Made by a program: the position numbers and the translations under genes
Notes under the pieces: generated by a model
Database searches by the model: none
Told to the model about the DNA's origin: nothing
The model's input: only the letters and a program-made list of their open reading frames with translations
Shown: positions 10,327 to 19,148 of the stretch, piece by piece
Layout: the number at the start of each line of letters is the position of its first letter
Numbering within the stretch: position 1 is the first letter of the stretch
From: Gammaproteobacteria bacterium
Lineage (GTDB): Bacteria > Pseudomonadota > Gammaproteobacteria > JABCZS01
Assembly (NCBI GenBank): GCA_044445605.1
Contig: JBIOEA010000007.1
Span: 3,073 to 67,072, forward strand
Direction: 5' to 3'
Length of the DNA stretch: 64,000 nt

Positions 10327-11120
10327 GACAGTAATTCCAGTAACGCCTGAGTGTCCATGGTTTTAGTTGAAAACAATTCAATTTGTTTAATGGCTTGCGC
10401 AACGAACATATGAATGCCCGATATGCACGTTGCGCCAGCGAGATCGGCTTCTTTAAGAAGGCGCGTTTGTCGAGGTGTGTAAATCAGATCAAAGACAGTT
10501 TGCTCAGGTTTAAAAATATAGCCTGGCAAAGGCGTTTGGTCTGCATTGGGATTCATGCCGATCGGCGTTGTATTGATGATGATATCAATGGGTAAATCCT
10601 GCATCAATTCAGATGAGGCGATGGTGCCACCCCATTGCCCGATCAGTTGATGTGCATTTTCTGCTGTGCGATTGAGCCAGTAAAGCGTGGGATGATAAGG
10701 TGTTAATGCATAGGCAACGGCGCGAGCAGATCCGCCAGCGCCGATGATCACGATATTTTTTTTGTGTAGGTCCGTATTCGCGAGTGCCTTTCGAATGCCT
10801 TCGACATCTGTGTTTTCCGCGTGAATGTTACCATTGTCATAAATCAATGTATTGGCGGCCTGTAATGCAGAGACTGCATCGCTTTGTGTATCGACGAAAG
10901 ACAAAATGCTTGTCTTAAATGGCAGTGTGACCGCTGTTAATTTAACAGACAATGTACGAATACTTTTGACGAGATCAGGCAAGTGGGGATTTTCTATGGC
11001 GAGCATGACTGCGTTAATGCCCAATGCGTCGTAAACCATTTTGTGTAGGCGGGGGCTTTCGCTATGCTTGATCGGGTTGCCAATCACCAAATTAAGTTGT
11101 GTGTTCGCGTTAATCGGCAT
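10323..11120 (-). CDS. aroE: Shikimate dehydrogenase
   Basis: 265 aa with VIGNPIKHSESPRLH (substrate motif), NTD.EG and IIGAGGSARAV (NADP Rossmann). Confidence 0.93.
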   Translation of the reverse strand: MPINANTQLNLVIGNPIKHSESPRLHKMVYDALGINAVMLAIENPHLPDLVKSIRTLSVKLTAVTLPFKTSILSFVDTQSDAVSALQAANTLIYDNGNIHAENTDVEGIRKALANTDLHKKNIVIIGAGGSARAVAYALTPYHPTLYWLNRTAENAHQLIGQWGGTIASSELMQDLPIDIIINTTPIGMNPNADQTPLPGYIFKPEQTVFDLIYTPRQTRLLKEADLAGATCISGIHMFVAQAIKQIELFSTKTMDTQALLELLS

Positions 11121-11553
11121 GATTCAAGTGCTCCGTTAAAAAGTCGATGGCTTCCAAGTAGCCTTGTAGTTTTTTACCCATGATGGTGTGGATGCAGGCG
11201 GGTGCAATCACAGAGTGAGCGCGCCAGGGTTCACGTGCTTGAATATTTGACAAATGCACTTCGACAGTGGGCAAACGGCTGTCGATAATCGCATCATGCA
11301 ATGCGTAACTGTAGTGCGTCAGCGCCCCTGCATTGATGATGATCGCGACGGCTTGTGTTTGTTGAAGGGTGTCGATCAATGCGCCTTCATGATTGGATTG
11401 GAAACATTCGACATTCAAATGTTTAGATGCCGCATGTGTTTTCACGGCTTGCTCAAGTGTTTCTAGCGTGAGGTTGCCGTAGTGTTCTGGATCACGCTGC
11501 CCAAGTTTATTGAGATTAGGGCCATGGATCAGTAATATCGTTTTTGTGCTCAT
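11110..11553 (-). CDS. aroQ: Type II 3-dehydroquinate dehydratase
   Basis: 147 aa with ILLIHGPNLNKLGQRDPEHYG and SNHEGALID motifs. Confidence 0.95.
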   Translation of the reverse strand: MSTKTILLIHGPNLNKLGQRDPEHYGNLTLETLEQAVKTHAASKHLNVECFQSNHEGALIDTLQQTQAVAIIINAGALTHYSYALHDAIIDSRLPTVEVHLSNIQAREPWRAHSVIAPACIHTIMGKKLQGYLEAIDFLTEHLNHAD

Positions 11554-12833
11554 GGTGTTAGCTCCATGTTTGCTCCGAGTGATTTCATTTCGCTTGTAAA
11601 CTGTGGGAATGTTTTGCCAATCGATTCTGCTTCGTCAATGACAGTGGTGCCTTCGGCGAGTAATCCTGCGAGCGCCAGTGACATCACGGTGCGGTGGTCG
11701 CCATAACCTTTCACCGTGGTACCGATGAGCGCTGAGGGGTAAATGGTCATGCCATCATTTTTTTCGTCGATGCGTGCGCCCATGTGCGTTAATCCATCCG
11801 TCATGGAGTGAATGCGATCTGTTTCTTTGAGTCGAGCTTGCGCCACGTTTATGATCTCTGTTTTACCGGACGCTACTGTTCCTAATACTGCCAGTGTGGG
11901 AAGCAAATCAGGGATGTTGCTTGCATCGATGCGAATGCCCTTCAGTGGTTTGCCGCCGACGATAATAATGTCTGAACCATCGTAAGAAATATCGCCGCCC
12001 ATTTGTTGAATGATGGGGATCAATTGTTTGTCGCCTTGCGTATCATTCTTGTCAAGGCCTTTGATGCGCACGGTTCCAGGAAGCACGGTAGCGGCTGCAA
12101 TAAAATAAGAAGCGCTTGAGAAGTCTCCTGACAATGTGTATTCAAACGGTTTGTATTGTTGGTTGCCAGGAATAATGATTGTGTTGAGATTATTTTCTTG
12201 ATAATGTTTGTAATCAATCCCTAAACGATTTAACCAGGCAAATGTCATCTCAACGTATGACCAGGCTGGGATCTTTCCTACCGTAATCGTGCTTGACTTG
12301 GGTGCTAATGGGAGCGCCATGAGCAATGCGGAAAAAAATTGTGAAATCGGTTCACTGAGTGTGGCGCTGCCGCCGGTTAAGGTGCCGGTGACTGTGAGTG
12401 GCCACTCGGTCGACGAGATCTGCATGCCCAGTTGATTGAGTGCGCTGATCAGTGCGGCCATGGGACGAGCGCGCATTTGCATACCACAGTCAAGCACCAT
12501 GGGGTTCGAAGCGTTCGTGCGCAAACCCAGGAGGGGAAGGATAAGACGCGTGGTCAGCCCAGAGTTACCGGTGGTGAGGCGTGACTGACCGGGCGTGAAG
12601 GGTGCGCCGCTGCTCGTGAGCGTGAGGGTAGAGCCACTGCGTTGGATGATAGCGCCCATGGTTTGACAGGCATGGATGACCTCTGTGATGTCATCGGCAT
12701 CCAGCATCTGGTGAATGGAGGAGGTTCCAGAGCTTAATAAAGCAAAAATCAATGCACGAATGGCTTCAGATTTTGAGGCGGGAGGCGTGATAACTCCCTG
12801 TAAACTATGCGTTTTTGTTGATCTGATGTGCAT
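11550..12833 (-). CDS. aroA: 3-phosphoshikimate 1-carboxyvinyltransferase (EPSP synthase)
   Basis: 427 aa with PPASKSEAIRALIFA and GDHRTVMSLALAGL motifs. Confidence 0.95.
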   Translation of the reverse strand: MHIRSTKTHSLQGVITPPASKSEAIRALIFALLSSGTSSIHQMLDADDITEVIHACQTMGAIIQRSGSTLTLTSSGAPFTPGQSRLTTGNSGLTTRLILPLLGLRTNASNPMVLDCGMQMRARPMAALISALNQLGMQISSTEWPLTVTGTLTGGSATLSEPISQFFSALLMALPLAPKSSTITVGKIPAWSYVEMTFAWLNRLGIDYKHYQENNLNTIIIPGNQQYKPFEYTLSGDFSSASYFIAAATVLPGTVRIKGLDKNDTQGDKQLIPIIQQMGGDISYDGSDIIIVGGKPLKGIRIDASNIPDLLPTLAVLGTVASGKTEIINVAQARLKETDRIHSMTDGLTHMGARIDEKNDGMTIYPSALIGTTVKGYGDHRTVMSLALAGLLAEGTTVIDEAESIGKTFPQFTSEMKSLGANMELTP

Positions 12834-12974
12834 GAGACGGCCCTGTGGAGATGACTACAGTGGCTATTATATCGCATGCGTCTTGTAGGGGCGAAAAATC
12901 TTTCGTATGTGTCCCTGCGCTTGTAATTTCACTTACTTTGATATAGAGTGAGGGTCTATTTCGGAGATTAAATA

Positions 12975-14039
12975 ATGATTGGTCGGGACTTTCATCGATT
13001 TCATCATCAACTTGCTGCCGCTGCCCCTAGTCAATTCGGCGTCGCGTATAACTGTGTGGTTGACTTTGTTGAGCAGTTGAAACTTCATGCGAACGTTTTA
13101 ATAGAAAAGGGTTGGGTAGGAAATGATGAGCACATTGAAAACTGTGTTCTGAAGAAAGCGTTAGCCGAGCATGAAATAAGCATTGCGAAGTCGACTAATA
13201 ACCTAGCGTTAACATGCGAGGCCCATTTAAAGTTCATTCACGATATACTTTATGACGACTATGACGTTTCTTTAGTAACAGATCCGATGTATTTATTCAA
13301 TCGAGGGAACCTAGCGAATAGTTATAAGTTCGGTATTTATCAATACGTTAAAAGTTATGATACATTCCCGACGAGTTTGGTTAAAAAAACAACTGCGCAT
13401 GATGGAAATTATATCCTTGTTCCAGAGCTAAAAAAATTAGTTAATGAATTCTACAATGCAATAAACGCACTCTCTAAAACGATCGATACAACGGATGAAA
13501 ATTCACCCGATTATCTGATCAAGAAATGGGCAGTAGACAACGACCTTGATAGGGTTGTGTCCCCTCCTCCTCCTCCTCCTCCTCAACAAACATTAAACAC
13601 TCCGGTATTAGAAGTTTCTCAGGAGCTCGAAAACAGACGCATTGCAATTTACGCTCTTTGTGTTATCGTTGGCGCCATTATAGGCGCAGGTATCGGAGTA
13701 GGCACCTATGATTCCGTTGGTTTATCATATGATCTCATTTATGAAGTAGATGGCGAATTGAAAAACGGTGGGCCAGAGCCTACATCGGGAGGATGGGGTT
13801 ATATTACTGGGATGATGTTTGGATCCAGTTTCCTTTTATGTTGCTTGACGGCACTGTGTCGATCGAAGATAACATTCAGTCAAGTATGGTCAGATGTTAC
13901 AGAAGCGCTGACGCCCGATGAGGGGACGCTTCGTATGTTTACGTCGAACTATACAATGTTTTCGCTCGACGCGCATTATCTTCACCAAGACAGCGATCAT
14001 CATGATATGCAATCTTCATCTGCATATAATAGGTGGTAG
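12975..14039 (+). CDS. Hypothetical membrane protein, family 'M' copy 1: soluble N-domain, poly-Pro linker, C-terminal glycine-zipper TM segments
   Basis: 354 aa. Paralogous to 19149..20489: LKFIHDILYDDY...YQY versus LDFLHEVLYDEI...YQYDP, and NEFYNAI versus NQFYRDI. PPPPPPP linker. TM segments IAIYALCVIVGAIIGAGIGVG and GYITGMMFGSSFLLCCLTALC. Confidence 0.6.
   Translation: MIGRDFHRFHHQLAAAAPSQFGVAYNCVVDFVEQLKLHANVLIEKGWVGNDEHIENCVLKKALAEHEISIAKSTNNLALTCEAHLKFIHDILYDDYDVSLVTDPMYLFNRGNLANSYKFGIYQYVKSYDTFPTSLVKKTTAHDGNYILVPELKKLVNEFYNAINALSKTIDTTDENSPDYLIKKWAVDNDLDRVVSPPPPPPPQQTLNTPVLEVSQELENRRIAIYALCVIVGAIIGAGIGVGTYDSVGLSYDLIYEVDGELKNGGPEPTSGGWGYITGMMFGSSFLLCCLTALCRSKITFSQVWSDVTEALTPDEGTLRMFTSNYTMFSLDAHYLHQDSDHHDMQSSSAYNRW
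13563..13583 (+). repeat. (CCT)7 trinucleotide microsatellite encoding Pro7
   Basis: Read directly: cct x7 inside CDS 12975..14039. Confidence 0.9.
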
Positions 14040-14058
14040 GGGCAAATAATATTTGCCC
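14040..14058. terminator. Palindrome GGGCAAATA-A-TATTTGCCC between convergent genes (possible bidirectional terminator)
   Basis: 19-nt near-perfect palindrome directly after the stop at 14039, touching the ptrB stop at 14058. No clear U-run. Confidence 0.3.
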
Positions 14059-16070
14059 TATTCACCCCTGCAAAACCCAACCACAAACGCAAACTCCTCT
14101 GCAACTTCCTCGATGGCGCTGTACCGTCCAGAGGGTCCTTGATGGCCTGCGGACATTTGTGTGCGCAACAGGATAGGATGTTCAGCGGTTTGGTGTTCAC
14201 GCAAACGCGCGACCCATTTTGCCGCTTCCCAATAGGGGACGCGAGGATCATGCAAACCAGCCGTCACCAACAAGGTTGGATACGCTTGGTTTGTGACATT
14301 TTCATACGGTGCATAGGACTTCATGTAATCGTAATAGGGCTTATCGTGAGGATTGCCCCATTCTTCATATTCGAGCACGGTGAGCGGGAGGGTGTCATCG
14401 AGCATGGTATTCAGCACATCCACAAACGGCACTTGTGCAACGGCTGCCTTGAATAGTTCAGGCGCGAGATTAATCACAGCACCGATCAACAATCCACCCG
14501 CGCTGCCGCCGATGATGGCCAATTCATTCGATGAAGTATACTGTTCATTGATTAAATGTTTAGAGCACGCAATAAAATCCGTGAATGTATTTTTCTTATG
14601 AAGGAATCGGCCCGCTTCATGCCATGGATCCCCAAATTCACCGCCGCCACGAATGTGCGCTACGCCATAAATATATCCACGGTTTAATAAGCTTAAACGT
14701 GAGTAGGAAAACTGCGGATCGTTATCAATGCCATAGGCACCATAGGCAGTGAGCACCATCGGCATGTTCGGTTTTTTTAACGCTGTTTTATAGACCAATG
14801 AAATAGGAATCTTTGTTCCATCGGTCGCGTTGGCAAAAATGCGTTCTGTCGTGTAATCTTTCGCATTGAAATCACCGAGTACGGGCGATTGTTTAAGCAA
14901 TGTCTTTTCATGCGTATTCATATCGTAGGCATAATCGCATGCCGGCGTGGTCATCGAGACATACCCAAGGCGCACTTGTTGGGTATTGAATTCCCAGTTA
15001 TCGCCTAGGCCAATGGTATAAGCCGGTTCATCAAACGTGATCCAGTCTTTTTTGAAATCGCTCAAGCGCAGGGTTGCCATTTGCGACAAACCATTGCGGC
15101 GGCACTCTAACACAATATGATGCGAGAAAACGGAAAATCCAATGAGTGGAACCGCTGCATCCACTGGTAAGACGGTTTCCCATGGGCGAGAAAAATCATT
15201 GATGGGGCAACGTTTGAGTGAGAAATTTTTACCGTCTTCGTTCGTACGAATGTAAAAATAATCGCCATGGTGATCGATGTCGTATTCGTGCTCGTGCTTT
15301 CTTTCACAGAGTAATCGTAACGGCCCACGTGGTGTGCTTGCGTCGGTGACATAGGCTTCGCTGGTTAATTTGCTCGAGACATGAACGATTAAAAAAGCAT
15401 CGCTGAGTGAGCGATAAATGCCGACAGTAAACCGCTCGTCATTTTCTTCATAAAGCAATTCATCCGGTTTGTTCCCGGTGATATCGTGGCACCATACTTG
15501 ATAGGGACGCTGCGTTTCATCGTAGCGTGTGTACCAGATTTCATGGTTGTTTGTTGAGAATACAATGGCACTTGGGATGTCTTTGATAAGCGCATTCTTC
15601 ATATCCCCCAAATACACATCATACCGCTCATCCCCGTCTGTATCGATGGATATGGCTAGCTTATCCTGGGTGAGATTGAGGGCATATTGTCCGACCTCGA
15701 AATAATCGAATCCTTCGGCGTGGACATTTTCATCGAAGAGGATTTCTTCAGCGCCGCCATTTTTCAGCCGACGGCAGAAGATATCATGCTGGAGGCCTTG
15801 AACGGTGCGGAAGTAGTATTCATAGTCGCCATAGGGCCAGGGATAATCTTGGTCAGTTTCTTGGATGCGGGAGAGGGTTTCTTGGTAGATGGTTTGCTGG
15901 AGAGCCTTGTAAGGGGCGAGCATTGCATCGGTATAAGCATTTTCCGCCTTGAGGTGGTCGATGACGGCGGGGTTCTCCCGGTCTTGGAGCCAGTGGTAGG
16001 GATCAGAGCGCATTGAGCCTTGCTCTTCGTGGGAGTAGGGGTGTTGAGCGGTTTGCGGGGCTTTGAGCAT
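14058..16070 (-). CDS. ptrB: Oligopeptidase B / prolyl oligopeptidase family S9A serine protease
   Basis: 670 aa. N-terminal beta-propeller region (DPYHWLQDRENPAVIDHLKAEN). C-terminal catalytic GGSAGGLL nucleophile motif. Confidence 0.9.
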   Translation of the reverse strand: MLKAPQTAQHPYSHEEQGSMRSDPYHWLQDRENPAVIDHLKAENAYTDAMLAPYKALQQTIYQETLSRIQETDQDYPWPYGDYEYYFRTVQGLQHDIFCRRLKNGGAEEILFDENVHAEGFDYFEVGQYALNLTQDKLAISIDTDGDERYDVYLGDMKNALIKDIPSAIVFSTNNHEIWYTRYDETQRPYQVWCHDITGNKPDELLYEENDERFTVGIYRSLSDAFLIVHVSSKLTSEAYVTDASTPRGPLRLLCERKHEHEYDIDHHGDYFYIRTNEDGKNFSLKRCPINDFSRPWETVLPVDAAVPLIGFSVFSHHIVLECRRNGLSQMATLRLSDFKKDWITFDEPAYTIGLGDNWEFNTQQVRLGYVSMTTPACDYAYDMNTHEKTLLKQSPVLGDFNAKDYTTERIFANATDGTKIPISLVYKTALKKPNMPMVLTAYGAYGIDNDPQFSYSRLSLLNRGYIYGVAHIRGGGEFGDPWHEAGRFLHKKNTFTDFIACSKHLINEQYTSSNELAIIGGSAGGLLIGAVINLAPELFKAAVAQVPFVDVLNTMLDDTLPLTVLEYEEWGNPHDKPYYDYMKSYAPYENVTNQAYPTLLVTAGLHDPRVPYWEAAKWVARLREHQTAEHPILLRTQMSAGHQGPSGRYSAIEEVAEEFAFVVGFCRGE

Positions 16071-16257
16071 GATTCTGTCCTTGGTTCGTGGGAGGATTAT
16101 ACCTCATAGCGAAAAATCTTTCGCCTTTTTCAAAAGGCGGTTGTTCCTCGCTCACTTTATTTGACGTTCATGTCTCTCTCTGCCACTCGATTAAAACTCT
16201 TAACCTGAATTTGCGGAACTATGTATAATATGCGCACTCCAATAAAAGGAAAATAAG

Positions 16258-17664
16258 ATGGATATTCAATATGTTGAAACACTGATCAAGCAAGGCGAAT
16301 CCCACACCTTGGAATTCAAAACCTCTATGACGCAGCTTAAACCTGCATTAGAAACACTGTGTGCTTTTTTAAATGCTGATGGTGGGGTAGTCGCAATCGG
16401 AGTAAATGACAAGGGTGGAATCAAAGGGCAAACGATCACTGATAAAACGAAACAGGAGATTGCATTCGAAATTGGCAAAATTGAACCTGCTGATCATATT
16501 GCAGTGGAATATGTCCCTGTCGATGCTGACAAGATTGTCATTATCTTGCGAGTCAACAAAGGAGCACATGCCCCCTATGTTTATGACGGAAGGCCATATC
16601 AGCGCGAGCAATCTACGACCCATAGAATGACTCGCCATAAATATGATCAGCTTGTTTCTCTGCGTTATCAAATAAACTTTTCTTGGGAAAGTTTTGTTTC
16701 TGTTTGTGATATGAGTGACATAGATCATGAGCGTTTTAGATGGTTTACTGAAAGTGCGGTTTCCTTAAATCGATTGCCTAAAATATCCTTGGTGGACTCT
16801 GGAACTAAAATTTTAGAAAAGCTTCAATTATTAAGGGATGGAAAATTGATAAATGCAGCTGTTGTTTTGTTTGGTAAAAAGCAGCTTTCGAATTATTTGC
16901 AATGTCATCTAAAAATTGCACGATTTAAAGGTTTAACAAGAAAAGAGTTTCTAGATAACCAAGGTGTCTATGGAAATGCTTTTGACCTGTTCGATGCCGG
17001 CATGGCTTTTGTTGATAAGCACTTGCCAATTTCAGCAAAAATTGATCCAGTCTCATTGCGGCGTATCGATAAACCGCTCATACCATATGGTGCGATCAGA
17101 GAGGCTCTTGTTAATGCAATTTGCCATAGGGACTATAGTATCTACGGCGGCGCAATTTATTTGGCAATCTATGATGACAGGATGGAAATCTTTAACCATG
17201 GTGGATTGCAGCAAGGAACATCGCTAGAAATGATTAAATCCGGTTACTCACAATTGAGAAATAAAAAAATTGCAGAAGTGCTTTATAAGGTTGGCTATAT
17301 TGAGCAGTGGGGCAGAGGAATTCAGGATATCATTTCAAGCTGTGTGGCTGCAGGCGATCCAGAACCTGAATTTGAGGTTCAATGGAGCAACCAATTTAAA
17401 GTGGTCTTTAAATTTCCTAGCAGTATAGCTCCTCCAATTATTTTTCAGGAGGACAGCCCGAATCTATTGACTGAACGACAAAAGAAAATTATTTCTATTT
17501 TGCAACAGGGTGGGGGTGTGACGAAGGAATCAATATTGACAAATTGTTCAGGCGAACTTTCAGAGCGGACATTGCGTAGGGAGTTACAAATTCTGAAAAA
17601 TCTAAATATATTAGAGGTAATTGGTAGAGGCGCTAATGCAAGGTGGCATCTTATAAAAGAGTAA
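16258..17664 (+). CDS. Schlafen-like AlbA_2 domain / HATPase_c_4 / C-terminal wHTH protein (often mis-annotated 'RecG-like helicase' or 'ATP-binding protein')
   Basis: 468 aa. N-terminus ESHTLEFKTS...LCAFLNADGGVVAIGV is the AlbA_2 signature. AIREALVNAICHRDYSIYGGAIYLAIYDDRMEIFNHGG is the HATPase_c_4 signature. The C-terminus LSERTLRRELQILKNLNILEVIGRG is wHTH-like. Confidence 0.8.
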   Translation: MDIQYVETLIKQGESHTLEFKTSMTQLKPALETLCAFLNADGGVVAIGVNDKGGIKGQTITDKTKQEIAFEIGKIEPADHIAVEYVPVDADKIVIILRVNKGAHAPYVYDGRPYQREQSTTHRMTRHKYDQLVSLRYQINFSWESFVSVCDMSDIDHERFRWFTESAVSLNRLPKISLVDSGTKILEKLQLLRDGKLINAAVVLFGKKQLSNYLQCHLKIARFKGLTRKEFLDNQGVYGNAFDLFDAGMAFVDKHLPISAKIDPVSLRRIDKPLIPYGAIREALVNAICHRDYSIYGGAIYLAIYDDRMEIFNHGGLQQGTSLEMIKSGYSQLRNKKIAEVLYKVGYIEQWGRGIQDIISSCVAAGDPEPEFEVQWSNQFKVVFKFPSSIAPPIIFQEDSPNLLTERQKKIISILQQGGGVTKESILTNCSGELSERTLRRELQILKNLNILEVIGRGANARWHLIKE

Positions 17665-17686
17665 GCTGCTATCTCTATTTGATTTT

Positions 17687-17721
17687 CCGAGCGGCCATCC
17701 GAGCGGCCATCCGAACGCCAT
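17687..17721. repeat. Non-coding tandem 12-mer CCGAGCGGCCAT x2 plus a degenerate third copy
   Basis: Read directly: ccgagcggccat ccgagcggccat ccgaacgccat, 23 nt after the stop of 16258..17664. Confidence 0.85.
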
Positions 17722-17797
17722 AAGCATTACACGGATTATGACGATTCGTAATGGGCTAATATATATGGAATTCTTTCGCCAGATTCTCAGGTTAATC

Positions 17798-19006
17798 TCA
17801 ATTATGCTTTGCTTTTTTAGCGCCTGGCATCATTTTCTCGAGTAACAGCGTTTTAATTTCTTCATCCTGAGTGAGGCCATAAGCAGTATTTCCTTCCTTA
17901 TTTTTATGATGTACATTCGCGCCGTTGTCTAATAAAAATTTGACAGCAGGAAGGTCGCCTTGGCTAGCTGTAAGCATCAGCAATGTTGCCGAGGTGTCCG
18001 GGCATACAATATCAAAGTTTGCTCCTGCATCAGCAAGAGCGTGCAGAATAGTCATATCATTTGGATCATAACCAGCACGTCCTACATAACCATTATTATT
18101 GACGGGTCTATTGCGCAGTAACAAGTATAAAATCAGAGCAGGCGGGAGTTCGGTGTTTTGTATGTTAGGATCGAATTTTAATTCATGAAGTAAATAGACA
18201 ACATTCTCCATCCTGTGCTCTAGAATAGCGAGGGGCAGCGCTCTGCTGAATACCCTGAAATCTATTTGATTGTATTTTGCAACAATGTGTTTGATAAGGA
18301 CAAGATTGGAATGTGTCAGGATCATTTCAGCGGCCGTCATGGCTTTGTATTGGGTATTGAGCGCGCTTTTCTTGTGCATTTCTTCTAGCAAAATACACAC
18401 AATGTTGATATCAATCATGGGTGATGACAGCGCATAAAGAATAGGCGGCAGATTATTTTCGTCAGCTGCAGTAGCATCAGCGCCTGCTTCTAATAACAAT
18501 TTAATAACATCCATATTTTTTTCTTTGATAGCCATATTCAGTGGTGATTCTTTTCCCTTAAGGGCAGCAAGTTTTGCTAATAAGGTTGCAAATGAACTGC
18601 GGATGGTAGACATGCGCTTAGGTTCAATAGGCTGTTTTAGAGGACTAGATACTGACAGATCATAGAGATTAATATCATCATTTTCGCTAATGTATAATCT
18701 TCTATCGAGCCTGATATCAATCCAACGGATAAGTTTGTATTTTTCTTTATAAGATTCGATCTCGGCTTCGCGGTACAGATTTTCATAATAATTGGCTTTG
18801 AACGTATTGATGTCCTGCGAGGACGTGGTCGTTGCAGGGATCGTGGGGGCAGGGCAGGGCAAATTGGGGAAGTCCCGCTTGAATAGATTCATCCACCGAG
18901 GCCAATAGTCATCCGTACGTTCTTTGTGATTTTTGATTTTTTCAAGTATCTTAATGACCTCTATGCTGCTCAACTGGTTGAATATATTAGAGTATTGATT
19001 AATCAT
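17798..19006 (-). CDS. Ankyrin-repeat protein, copy 1 (possible degenerate F-box-like N-terminus)
   Basis: 402 aa. ANK repeats: SPLNMAIKEKNMDVIKLLLEAGADATAAD, and TLLMLTASQGDLPAVKFLLDNGANVHHKNKEGNTAY. The N-terminal ~100 aa are nearly identical to the paralogue at 20492..21709. Confidence 0.85.
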   Translation of the reverse strand: MINQYSNIFNQLSSIEVIKILEKIKNHKERTDDYWPRWMNLFKRDFPNLPCPAPTIPATTTSSQDINTFKANYYENLYREAEIESYKEKYKLIRWIDIRLDRRLYISENDDINLYDLSVSSPLKQPIEPKRMSTIRSSFATLLAKLAALKGKESPLNMAIKEKNMDVIKLLLEAGADATAADENNLPPILYALSSPMIDINIVCILLEEMHKKSALNTQYKAMTAAEMILTHSNLVLIKHIVAKYNQIDFRVFSRALPLAILEHRMENVVYLLHELKFDPNIQNTELPPALILYLLLRNRPVNNNGYVGRAGYDPNDMTILHALADAGANFDIVCPDTSATLLMLTASQGDLPAVKFLLDNGANVHHKNKEGNTAYGLTQDEEIKTLLLEKMMPGAKKAKHN

Positions 19007-19032
19007 GGGGTCACCTCTGCGTATGTGTCAGT

Positions 19033-19061
19033 TTTATACCACGTTTCATGGCAAAGTTCAA
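19033..19061 (-). promoter_or_regulatory. Predicted sigma70 promoter of ankyrin gene copy 1: TTGAAC-17 nt-TATAAA
   Basis: On the minus strand, TTGAAC (19061..19056), a 17-nt spacer, then TATAAA (19038..19033), about 27 nt upstream of the ATG. Hexamers and spacing are conserved upstream of copy 2. Confidence 0.45.
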
Positions 19062-19148
19062 CTGTCTTTTCCCCTCTTCGGAAGAGGATAACCTTGTTTT
19101 CCCACTTTGTCAGGGGTATGATAGTGGGGCGTTTGCCCAGGAGCGTAC

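Noticed and set aside
12834-12974. Looked for tandem TTAATATT-type (PmrA-like) regulatory boxes upstream of the effector-like genes (12.9, 19.1, 21.7, 33.6, 54.0 kb)
   Set aside because: No tandem copies of the motif were seen in these upstream regions, so no claim of PmrA-type regulation is made.
17687-17721. Possible CRISPR-like repeat (three 12-mers)
   Set aside because: The repeats are directly adjacent with no spacers and are far shorter than CRISPR repeats. It is a simple tandem repeat. No cas genes are present in the window.
17798-19006. Calling the ankyrin proteins bona fide F-box proteins (AnkB-like)
   Set aside because: The N-terminal L..IEVIKILEKI...W..W..LF pattern is only loosely F-box-like and is shorter than the Pfam consensus. 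It is kept as a hypothesis in the findings and not used in the feature call.
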